From Octopus bimaculoides (lineage: Eukaryota), in assembly GCF_001194135.2 (NCBI RefSeq), contig NC_068981.1, forward strand, positions 160,331,257 to 160,369,621: 38,365 nt of DNA. The letters run 5' to 3'. A model generated the notes under the pieces. The model saw only the letters and a program-made list of their open reading frames with translations, searched no databases and was not told the DNA's origin. The translations under genes were made by a program, and so were the position numbers. Every line of letters starts with the position of its first letter. Position 1 is the first letter of the stretch. This document shows, one piece after another, positions 23,616-34,704 of this stretch.

Positions 23616-24180
23616 TCTATTATATAAAAGTCAATGTCTTTATGTGTGTTCGTGTGTTACTTATACATTTGAAAACTACTGCACCGATCCTAATGAAATT
23701 TGGAACACAAAATCCAAGCCTTGGGAGAAGGGTAATGCTGTGTGTTTCANNNNNNNNNNTTTCATACAATTTCATGGACCAAAATTACTGAATAGATCCT
23801 TATGATATTTGGAACTTATATTCAATGCATAAGGGCGGGTATAATGCAGTATGTTTGGTTTGAATTTGAGATGGCTTAAAGGGGGCAGAACCCCCATGAA
23901 AATTCATAAGTTTTCAATGTTGATGAAATTTCAACCATGGGTAATTGACACACATCAAGAAGTATTCTCAAAGTTTCCACTTCTCAAATTTTAGTCATTT
24001 TTTATGATCCAAAACTAGGTCAAAAGTACTGAATGGATCTTTATGAAATTTGGAAATTATATTCTATGCATAAGGGCCATAACCCCCATAAAAATTCATA
24101 TTTTTGCTGTTGATGAAATTTTAACCAGATATTAGACACAAATGAAGTAATATTTCTAAAATTTCATTTTCTTAGAAGTT
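23616..24180 (+). mobile_element. Helitron-like non-autonomous 5' fragment with internal duplication
   Basis: A|TCTATTATATAAAA start followed by a gtgt microsatellite and ccgatcctaatgaaatttgg, resembling the Helitron 5' ends at 13276 and 36144. No 3' CTAG/hairpin found. Confidence 0.55.
23750..23759. other. Assembly gap (10 N)
   Basis: N bases. Confidence 1.
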
Positions 24181-24529
24181 AGAAAGACTCCTTCATGGGG
24201 ACCTACTACCTCTGAAGAGATTCATCTTATAATGATTTTTAATTTTATAAATTAATTATCTAAAGATTAATGAATCGGAACAACTGTCAGAGAGCTTGTT
24301 ATATTTCATAATTAATAAATGATATCTTATTAATCACCTCTCCATTTTTTCCTTCTTTATATATATACACAATGACTGATATGTGAAGTAGCAATAACTC
24401 AATAGTAATAGTAAATAAGAAAGACATAACATGGTGATACACATACAGCTACAGACTACCATGTGATAGTACACATACAACATAATAGCAAATTGTTATA
24501 ATGAAGCACAAACATATGTTGACATGGAT

Positions 24530-25260
24530 TAATATCTGAAAACAGAGTTCAGCAGTGTGATAAACTGTGAAGAAACTGCTTCTAAACCTGATGTTTTTGG
24601 TTCCAATCTACCTGTAACACTTACCAGATGATAGCAAAATGTACAGTTTGATTGGAAAGACTATAATCTAAAATGATTTTGAGTTTGCTTTAGATGTAGC
24701 TCTGATAGATTTTCTTTATGGATGGAAATGGAATATGCTTGATTATTAATGCACAGTTTTCACCATCTCCTGAAATCTTTTGTTGTCTGATCTCAAGTAG
24801 ATGCCATATCATATTGCAATGCACTTAGATATATACTTGTGAATTGGTTGAAGTTGAAGAGTATATGAGAAGGAAGTTCTGCTGAGTATTGAGTAAAAAA
24901 TTTGTGTGATTAGAGAGATAATAACATTTGCTAAATAGCATACAAGTACACCAAATATTTGAGTAAAGCACTTTATATGAAAGAAGGTGCTTCAGCGAAT
25001 AAGAAGTTCATTTCATTTCCATAATGTAATGGTTGACACTAAGGGCATTTAGCTATAAATCTCTTTCTAAATATATAAAGGTTTAAATTGATAGATGAAT
25101 CCATGTTGGTTTATTTCTATATCCATCTTTCAAATTAATAGGGAAATGTTGATAGAAAATGAATATATAGAAATATCAGAAAACCTATAAGATTATAGTG
25201 GTATTTAGAGAATTATCTAGATGCTATTTTGTGGCAGTTAGTTAGATATGTTGGTATATG
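24530..25260 (-). mobile_element. Old Rex1/Babar-like LINE 3' fragment
   Basis: Degenerate KRFQEMVKT and KIILD...LLSSGKCYR*IGTKNIRFRSSFF...LLN. This resembles the Rex1/Babar C-terminus LLPSGRRYRSI.T.T.R..NSFFP.AI.LLN. Confidence 0.6.
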
Positions 25261-25869
25261 ACTAGAGTTGTTTATTCTTTGTATTTAAATATTTTAAGAA
25301 ACATTTAACTGCATTTAGTATATAATTTCTGACGCATATTAATGTTTGAGAGGGTGCTAAAGATTTATTTTTCTTAGAAATATCTATATTTGGATAATCT
25401 AGTTTCTGTAGCAAAATGAATTAAAGAAGTATGAAAAATTGGTGGGGTGAGAAACTAGACAAATTTGAAAATGAAACTAGTTTTCATAAGTTTTTTTAAA
25501 GTTCAAATTCTAATTTTTCATTGTCAGCAGTGGTATCATTGTCATCATCTAGTTTTCCATGCTTGCATGAGTCAGATGAGAGTAAGTGGGAGCAGAGTTT
25601 TCTGTAATTGGGTGCCCTTCCTGTTGCCAGATGAAGTAATAATCTCTCAGTCTATCAAGCAACAAACAACCCAAACATACTTATGTGGAGAACTAAAAAC
25701 TAATGATACTTTAATAAGCCTTTTGTTTACAAAGGCTAGTTTCATGTAAAGAAGCCTGGGCATGTTTTCTTGGTAGACTGTGAGCAAATGACACCATTAG
25801 GGAAGCCATTGTTTGCAACCAATGAGTGACACATGTTGTGACAAGGGAAATATGAAATCATTCACACAG

Positions 25870-26050
25870 ATACATACATGTATACAATAGGCTTCTTTCA
25901 GTTTCCATCTGCCAAATTCACTTGCAAGGCTTTGGTGTTGACCCTAGGCTATAGTGAAAGGCACTTGCCCAAGATGCTACACAATGGAACTGAACCCAAA
26001 ACATTTGGCTGGGAAGCAAACTTCTTAATTACAGCCATGTCTGTGCCTAA
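25870..26050 (-). mobile_element. SINE family A 5' half
   Basis: Reverse complement of the A head and body. Confidence 0.75.
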
Positions 26051-26159
26051 TTCAGTATAGTAAATTGAAGTTAGTAATTCATTACAAAAAATGTTGGGTC
26101 ATTTTAGGCTGGTTTTAAGTTCATTAATACAGCATATATGTATGAGTAATACATGTAAT

Positions 26160-27075
26160 AATGATAATGCTTTCAAATTATGGCACAAGGCCAGCAAGTT
26201 CAGTGAAGTGATAAGTCAATTACATTGACCCCCAGTAATAAACTGGTACTTACTTCATCAACCCCGAAAGGATGAAAGGCAAAGTCAACCTCAGAACCCT
26301 TTCTACACTAGCTACAAGGCCTGAAAGTGGAGGCACAATGGCCCAGTGGTTAGGGTAGCTGACTCGCAGTCATAGGATTGCGGTTTCAATTCCCAGACCG
26401 GGCATTGTGAGTGTTTATTGAGCGAAAACACCGACAGCTCCACGAGGCTCCGGCAGGGGATGGTGGCGAACCCTACTGTACTCTTCCACCACAACTTTCT
26501 CTCACTCTTACTTCCTGTTTCTGTTGTGCCTGTAATTCAAAGGGTCAGCCTTGTCACAGTGTGTCACGCTGAATATCCCCGAGAACTATGTTAAGGGTAC
26601 ACATGTCTGTGGAGTGCTCAGCCACTTGCACGTTAATTTCACGAGCAGGCTGTTCCGTTGATCGGATCAACTGGAACCCACGACGTCATAAGCGACGGAG
26701 TGCCAACAACAACAACAACAAGGCCTGAAATTTGGAGGAAAGGATCTAGTCAATTACATTGATCCCAATCCTTAACTGGTGCTCTTTTTCTCTACCCTGA
26801 AAGGATGAAAGGTAAAATCGAACCCAGCAGCATTTAAGCTCTGACAAAATGCCACTAATCTTTTTGTCTGATGTGCTAACAATTCTGCCAGCTCACTGTC
26901 TTAAAATAGTAGTAGTAGTAGTAATGAAAATAATAGTAATGGTTTCAAATTTTGGCACTAGGCCAGCAATTTTGAGGGAGGGGTAAGTCGATGATATCAA
27001 CCCCAGTGTTCAACTGGTACTTATTTTATCGACCTTGAAAGGCAAAGTCAACCTTAGTGGAATTTGAACTCAGTA
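26160..27075 (-). mobile_element. Cluster of about three SINE family B copies
   Basis: Repeated ggcacaaggcc...gaccccagt...ctggtactta...ccccgaaaggatgaaaggcaaagtc units. Confidence 0.8.
26327..26717 (+). mobile_element. Full-length tRNA-derived SINE, family C, with 13-bp TSD
   Basis: A box tggcccagtggttagg, B box ggtttcaattccc, (CAA)n tail. TSD acaaggcctgaaa at 26314-26326 and 26718-26730. Confidence 0.9.
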
Positions 27076-27194
27076 ATTGATCAGAGAGGCTGTATCTGTG
27101 TAAGAAGCAATAATTAAGTTAGTGTTAGCAAAGTATCAAAGATCTAATTAGAAATACTTATAGGTGAGGTAAAGATAATATTAAGCTCAGTGAC

Positions 27195-27375
27195 TTCATC
27201 ATCATCATCCTTGTTTAACGTCCGTTTTCCATGCTGGCATAGGTTGGACGGTTTGACTGAGGTCTGAAGAGCCAGTGGCTGCAACAGGCTCCAATCTGAT
27301 CTAGCAGAGTTTCTACAGCTGGATGCCCTTCCAAATGCCAACCACTCCGAGAGTGTAGTGGGTGCTTTTTATGTT
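27195..27375 (-). mobile_element. RTE 3'-terminal fragment or RTE-tailed short element with (GAT)n tail
   Basis: Near-identical to 36791-36900. Ends in ...ggacgttaaacaaggatgatgatgatg on the minus strand. Confidence 0.75.
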
Positions 27376-29519
27376 ATTTTAATCATTTTGACAATTACAA
27401 GAGACAATTTTGGACATGTTTTAGTTGTATAAGACCTTAGCAAAGCACTGTAATTAACCCTGGTCTTTCTTTTTTTTTTTTTTTTGTTAATATGCTAATG
27501 TTTCACTTCTGTTTATGTAGAATGTTGTACATCTAGTTACTGATTCTCTCATTGTTGTTTTGGTATTATTGGAACAGTGATATTATTAGATCTTCATTTA
27601 GAAGGTCTAATAATACTGAATTATCTTCCATATATACTGAAGGATTAAAATGATATTAGTCATTGAGTTAATGTCGTCTTTTCCGCAATGTATAATTCTT
27701 TCTAATTAGATTTTTTATGCTTGCTAAAATAAATATATTGACACTAAATTAATATATGATGTCAAATACTAGATGTATTATGATGCTGGAGCTAGTACTA
27801 CATAAATACTTTTACTTAATAGCTAGAATAAATATTTCCTATATTGACAGATATTGTTTAGTACAACCCTCTCTTTCACAAAATATATTTATCATTATTT
27901 ATTTTGCATGTGTTTGAAATATAGTATTGCAACACAATAAAATTGTTTAGGAAAAGCTGAGAAACATATAAAGATCAAAGAAAAATAGAATGGATATGAG
28001 GGATAAGTTTTAACATGGTAAGATGTAACTAGTTATTAAAAATACCAAGTGATGTTTTCCCAAAAGAATGCAATATGAATGAATAGATTACGCTTTGGTG
28101 GTGGAAGCTAAGCAATCACTCTCTCCAGTGGAACTATAAAAGATTGCTTTTGCTGGTTATCAGAAACATCTTATGAAATTGACAAAGGAGAATTTGAAGT
28201 TGTGTTTTTCATTACATAGTTCCAAATAAATTTCGATGTAAAGAAAAAAAAATCATTGTTATAATGCACGTGTATATTTCTGGAGGGTAAATTTCATTGT
28301 GACTTGGGTAAAGAATTACTTCATACAGCTATTATATTAGAAAGAAAATTGATTTTATGTGAAATGAATAATTATAGAAATAAGCTAGTTTTGGGAATCA
28401 ATGTATTAAAGCAAACAGTAAGCTGCCTTTTCAATGACACGAGAGTTATGTTTATTTCCAGCTTAAATCTAATGCTATTTTGTTTCTCTTTGTAAGCTTT
28501 TCAGCAGTTGACAACATCTGGTGTTACAGAAGGGTTTCTATGAGTAATTTGTTTATTTTGTGGTTGATATCTAATCTCTTGCCACAACTTGTAAAATAAA
28601 GGAAAGAAAATATATTTTGACTTTACAAGAAATTGTATTGAAAATAATTATATTTTGAGGAGAAATATTTGTTAAGTGTATTAAGCTGAAAATTGATTCA
28701 TTCCTATTGTGTTCAAAATATGACAATTAAATGATTTTTATTCATTTCATTTATGCATAACTCTTGTCTGAATAATGTGAAGCATAAATGTACCCAATCA
28801 CAAACTTCATTATATAGATTCATAAATTTAGCACATTGATTTTAAGACTTTAGTTTCAAAGATTTTAACCATAACATAATTTTAGCTCAAAACTAAAAGT
28901 TACTGAAAAGTTCATTTTTATTGTGGAAACATTATAGTCAGTTGACCTAAAATCATTTAGCAACCAACAAAATTTTTATTTGTATGCAAGCTATTTTCCT
29001 CAAGTTTGATAGAAATGAACTTTTTCATCATCATTACATTCAATTTTACAACCATTTTCCTAGACATTAATTTAGTTTGTATAGTTGCTTCCTTGTCATT
29101 TATGGATTTTTTTGTTTGTTTTTGTTTTGTCTCTTGAGAATTTCAGTATGTTTTTAAGATTGATTTGAACTACATCTTTCCTGATTCTGTTAATTAATTG
29201 CAATCTCCATACATTGCTAACATATATATTTTCTTCACTACCCTTGATTTTGATTTCAGCATGTATTTTTTTTATTTATTTATCAAGTTAGACCGTTATT
29301 TCATTCTTCTCATATCACTTGCACACTTCTTATTCAGACCCAACATAGGCAGTATTATAAAATATTAATGTTTGATTCCACTTTCATTTATTAATGTTAC
29401 CAAATACTGAGAGTTGATTTCATCAGTTATCTTTCTCCTCAAAATGTGTGGCCTTGTGCCAATGTTCAGAATGAATATTAAATATACTACCACCTACTTT
29501 ACTATTATTTATAATGTGA

Positions 29520-29890
29520 ATAGCTCCCCTACCATTTGGTTTCAAGTTCAGTCCCACTGCATGGTACCTTGGGCAAGTGTCTTCTACTATAACCCCAAAC
29601 CAGTCAGAATATTGAGAGTGGATTTAGTAGAGAAAACTGAAGGAAGCCTATATATATATGTAAGAGCGAGGGGAATGTTTTATCTCCTTGTCATGGCATC
29701 ACATAATGGTTGTGAATGAGCAGTGTCCTTTATTTCCAATCTTCCATGAAAGGATATTCTATTCAGCTATGGAAAAATACTACCTTGCTCAAAAACAGAT
29801 GAGATTTGGTGACAGGAAGGGTATCCTGCCATAAAAAATTTGCCTCAAAGCAAACATGGAAAAGTGTATGTTAAAACAGTGATGATCAAG
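29520..29890 (+). mobile_element. SINE A head plus an RTE-tail-like short repeat
   Basis: gttcagtcccactgcatggtaccttgggcaagtgtcttctactata. Then ggtgacaggaagggtatcctgcc...gatgatc. Confidence 0.65.
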
Positions 29891-29929
29891 AAGAGCATCT
29901 CAAAATTTTGGTAACTTCCTAGCAGATTG

Positions 29930-30460
29930 CTTGTGTCGATGGAGCTCTTTCTGTTCCACACTATATCAACTCTAGTGTGCCACAAAGTTTAGCGTTGCCC
30001 CACACTCTTCTTTCTACGTGTTGCCACTTCCAACAATATGCATTCTTATACAGATGACACTTCTCTTCATTTCTTCCTAACATTCCTGAACCATGCTTTA
30101 TCTACATGCATCTTAGATACTGCAAGCCAAACTCATACTGAACATTGACTTTCAGTGGGGATATGCCAGTCTTATTGCTTTCAATAAGAAAACATTAACA
30201 CTACTCACATCAAAAAAACATCATCATATTACCAACCTTTAATCATCAACAACACTCACATAGAACTCAAAATCTCTCCAGTTGTTGAGTCTCACTATCA
30301 TTGTGGATCTCTCCTGACAAAAGTACATCCTGAATATAGCTAGGACCACATTCCAATGGCTGGCCCTTCCCTTCAGAGCCAGAAGATACTTTAGAGAAGT
30401 GCCTCCCAATTGACTAGCATAAAGCCACTCACAAACTAATTCTGGTTCCTGGTCCACAAC
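29930..30460 (+). mobile_element. Degenerate CR1/L2-like RT fragment
   Basis: VDGALSVPHYINSSVPQSLA...TLF...SNNMHSYTDDTSL corresponds to INSGVPQGS...YADD. Later ARRYF. Confidence 0.7.
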
Positions 30461-31280
30461 CCACTTGTATTCTCTCTGCCTTTTGTACTGCTACTATAAT
30501 GACCTCTTGTCTTTAGAGCTGACTGCACTTATGTCACGTCCACTCAGACATTTCCATCCTACTCATCTCTTCTCTTCTAACCCTAACTTTAACCCTAACC
30601 TTTGATTTGTCCATCTCCAAGCCCTGTACTAATCACTGCACTCAATCTTCCCTTCCTAGAACACCAGCACTCAACAACTCCCTGCTTGCTCTGATTTTTT
30701 ATTCTCTTCCTAGAACATTGGCTCTCTAGAATTCCTTACCGGCTCAGGTTTTTCTAACATGCTTTGAATTAAAAAGGTTCAAAAGGAACATTAGTGGCAT
30801 CAGTCTTACCAGTCTAGGAGGGCCTGCATATGCTATGGGCACTCACTACCCCTTTCTTCAGACCAATTACATGCTTTAAAAAATCTCAGAATTAGTTATG
30901 TGTATAAATTTCTGTGTACTTACATAGTAATTCATTTGGCAGCACTTTGGCCAGCTTCAATAAGAGGCTACTTTTTTTCTTGATGATGATCTATAAGGCA
31001 TAGAGTTATTTGTCACAAATTAAAAAAGTACCTGGGTCACTTTCTTTGATTATTTAATTCACTGCTAAATTTTTAATGTTCCAAACATTAGATATGCTTT
31101 CAGCAGTCAATCATTATCTTGTAATTAATTTCAGTATTAGTTTAGAGCAGATTGAGGTGTGTTGATGCAGTCCATAGGAAGCTGGATTAGTTTGATGCAT
31201 TCTTGCTTTGAGTTCAATTTATGATGGTCAAATTTGCATTTGAGCCTTCCAGAATTGATAGAAATAAATATTAGTAATAT

Positions 31281-31340
31281 TAGATTTAATTCTATTATCA
31301 ATACAGCTTCCTAGCAGTATTGATAATCGAATTAAACCTA
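31281..31340. repeat. 60-nt inverted repeat (24-bp arms, 22/24 matched)
   Basis: tagatttaattctattatcaatac - agcttcctagca - gtattgataatcgaattaaaccta. Confidence 0.85.
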
Positions 31341-32944
31341 GCCTTATACCTAATCAAAATACATAAATCTTTCAACTTCTTCCAGCCATGACCAAACTCT
31401 TGCCTCTTTTCATACCTCAAAGGTTAGGAGAATAACTATTGTATAAATTGTTTCATAGTGTGAAATTATCAATTGTATGCAGCATTTTGAATAAGAAACT
31501 AAATAAATACAATTTGATAAACATAAAAACTAGTTTAAACATGCACTTGAAATTGTTATTCAAAAAAGATGTAAAGAAGCAGCTACAATTCTTAGCAGAC
31601 ACTGAATTGTCCATATTTAACATCTTCATAATGATTTTCCTTCTAATACTGTACATGTTGATTTTAGATATACTTATGTCAATATAAGATATTGACCTCA
31701 TGAGGATGCATCATATTAAATCTATAAATTGATGCAAATATATTTTTCTTTTATTCTCTCCATCTTTATTCAGATTCATTCTGTTATATTTATTCATACA
31801 GCTCCATCCTTTTTGCTGTTCAGATTACATAATGAAATATCATTTTTGTAATTATATATTAGATATTTCAGATGTGCTTAAGTGGCTGCATGTGAAAGTA
31901 GATATGAGCTAAAAAATATAAACTTTTTGGATGCTTCCCTGAAAGTAATTGATCTAGTTCTCCTGTCAACTGATATAATTAGCACTGGGGATGGTTCTAA
32001 GGAAAGATTATTCACTAGAGTGTGAATGAAGTAAAAGAATTTCAACCAAATACAAGTAAGCTCTATTGGCATCATCTTTTTTTTTTTCTTTTGTGGGTAT
32101 ATTTTTGTTAGCCTTTAACCTTAAGAAGGTAGGGAAAAGATTTTTATGGCTTAGTCCAAGGGAGAACTCATACAGTTCATGTTGAACGTGAACATCTATC
32201 AGTTGATGTAGGCAGAAAAAGAATTCTAGATATTGACACTGAGAAAAAAGATAGGCGAGAGGTTTTGCCACTGATTCTAGTTGGAGGATTAACCATACAG
32301 AGCAGTAGACTGTGACAAACAATCCATGGGGCTAGATCTGGCCTGTGGCATTGTTTAGTCTGGGTCCCCAGCTCAGTATTATATTTCTTTTTTATTTTAA
32401 AATATTCTGTAAAATATTGCAATATCAGTTTTGATTTGTTAAATCAGTGCTTTTATTAACTCAAACAGATGACAAGAAGTTTATGAATCCATACATTAAA
32501 AGATATGTCCCATTTCTCTCCCAGGCATTCCTCTTCTTATCACCCTTATTTTGTCCAACTCCAAACACTGCACTAGTCACTATACTCAGTCTTTCCTTTT
32601 TGAAACATCAACTATGCACTGTGAGCCAAATAATATTTTTGTGGGTTTTTTTTTTTTTTTTCACCTCTCAGCTTTACACGCATGCCCATTCAAAAGCATA
32701 TCTAGTTGTATGGACGAAAGTGAAAGGTTTTGCTGCAGAAACAGTGCTAGTTGTTAATCAAGTATTGCTTTTCTCAAGAACTATGCCTTCATTTCATCAA
32801 TTCCAATCTTCATTCACACTTTAAGGCTTCTTACTTAACAGGACTATATATATATATATATATATATATACATACACACACACTATTTGGATGAATGTTC
32901 CCCACATCTCTGTAATTAATAGAAGGGTTATTATTATTATTAAA

Positions 32945-33410
32945 GTAGTGAACTGGCAGAATTGTTAGCATGCTGGGCAAAATGCTCAGTAGCATTTCAT
33001 TCCTCTTTGTCCTGAGTTCAAATTTCACAAAGTCAACTCTGCCTTTCATCCTTTCAGGGTCGATAAATTAAGTGCCAATTAAGTACTGGGGTCGATGTAA
33101 TTGACTATCCTCCTCCCACAAAATTGTTGTTCATGTAGCAAAATTTGAAACCATTATTATTATTATTATTATTATTAAATTACAGAATAAGGTGGCAAGC
33201 TGGCAGAACCATTAGAATACCAGACAAAATGCTTAGCAGCATTTCATCCATCTTTATGTTTAGAGTTCAAATTCTGCCAAGGTCAGCTTTACTTTTCATC
33301 CTTTTGGGGTCGATAAAATAAGCGCCATTTGATCACTGGGGGGTCAATGTAATTGACTTACCCCTCCCCCGACATCACTGGCCATGTGCCAAAAATTGAA
33401 ATCATTATTA
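32945..33410 (+). mobile_element. Two tandem SINE family B copies with (ATT)n tails
   Basis: Homologous to 17133-17385, with most CpGs lost. Confidence 0.85.
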
Positions 33411-34036
33411 GATTGCAACTGTTCAGAGGTTAGATCAAAGACACTAATTTAAATAGAGCTCACTATTCTGAATATATTTTCATACACTAAATATGACATA
33501 TATTAAATAAGACTAGTCACTGCTTGATGCAAAACGCTGTAAGTACTAAATACCTATATTTTTTGTAGTTCGTGCAGAAATAAGCTCCCAGTGAACTAAC
33601 CTTGTGGTCAGTTTCCATTTCAGGTTGTAACACTTCATTTGTCTTTAATAGTCTTCAGAAAAACATCAACATCAAGCACTCACACTTCCTTGCTCCTAGT
33701 CTTATCTTACATCCCTTGAATATAATAAACGTTCCTTTGTAGTTTTATAGTCTTTTGCTAATTTTAGTCTCTGAACTGTGGCCATGTTGGGGCTTAGTTT
33801 ATCAAATCCACCCCAATAATTTTTGAGTTTGGTATTTATTCTGTTGTTCTCTTTCTTATTTCTTTATTGCCCACAAGGGGCTAAGTTTTTTTTTTTGTTT
33901 TTTTTTAAATTAGGACAATACCGTCGTTGATTAGCAAGAGACCATCACCTCCAGCTAGCTATGTGACACACAAACCTGTGTCCATTGCAACCTTCGAACA
34001 GGGGAGATCATCAGCTTCCCCATACTGGTTCAAACA

Positions 34037-34079
34037 TCCACATACTAGTTTCGGAGTATTTGCCCCTAATCAATGTGGA
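34037..34079 (-). ncRNA. Type-I hammerhead-like motif with altered core (U3, U8)
   Basis: Minus strand: tccaca|TTGATTA|gggg-caaata-ctcc|GAAAC TA GTA|tgtgga. Perfect 6-bp helix I, palindrome ACTAGT. Confidence 0.6.
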
Positions 34080-34099
34080 GTAGCCGAACCCAGCAGGCG

Positions 34100-34640
34100 T
34101 GTTGTTCTCTTTCTGCCACACCACTAGCTGATGGGGATGTAAACAAATGCTGATTGTCAAGTGATGAGAGATAAATGTAAGCCCAAACCTACATACACAT
34201 GGGATGGGCTTCCACACAGCTTTTGTTTACCAAATTTACTCACAAGGTATTGGTCAGCCAAAGACTGTAGTAGAAGACACTTGAAGTTAATTCAATATAT
34301 TGTCTCTGACTCACTCTTGTTTAGTAAGGTAATTTACTACTTAATAAGTTGGAAATAACTAAAATTAATGTGATTGTTTTGTTTATTTCTCCTCGTAAAA
34401 AATATCTAATTTGTTGTTAACATCTACTGTGAAAGACAAACTCAGTTACCATCTTGTTGTGTTATTCCACCTAGGTATGGTTACTTGGTTAAGAAGCTCA
34501 CTTTGCAACCATGCGGCTTTGGTTTCACTCCCACTGCACAATGGCACCTTGGACAAGTGTCTTCTACTCTAGCCTTCAGTTGATCATTGCTTTGTGAGTG
34601 AATTCAGGAGATAGAAATAATGTGCAAGCCTATCAGATAT
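34100..34640. mobile_element. Two degenerate SINE family A pieces in opposite orientations
   Basis: About 34100-34290 (-) and about 34470-34640 (+: cccactgcacaatggcaccttggacaagtgtcttctac). Confidence 0.65.
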
Positions 34641-34659
34641 GTGTGTATGTTTGTGTTTG

Positions 34660-34703
<44 letters not shown>

Positions 34704-34704
<1 letters not shown>

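Noticed and set aside
26327-26400. tRNA gene
   Set aside because: The A/B boxes belong to a SINE head. No complete cloverleaf or acceptor stem is supported.
31686-31745. ctcatgagga-tgcatca...tgatgcaaa, a hammerhead-like stem
   Set aside because: The core is too degenerate and there is no NUH or helix I closure.
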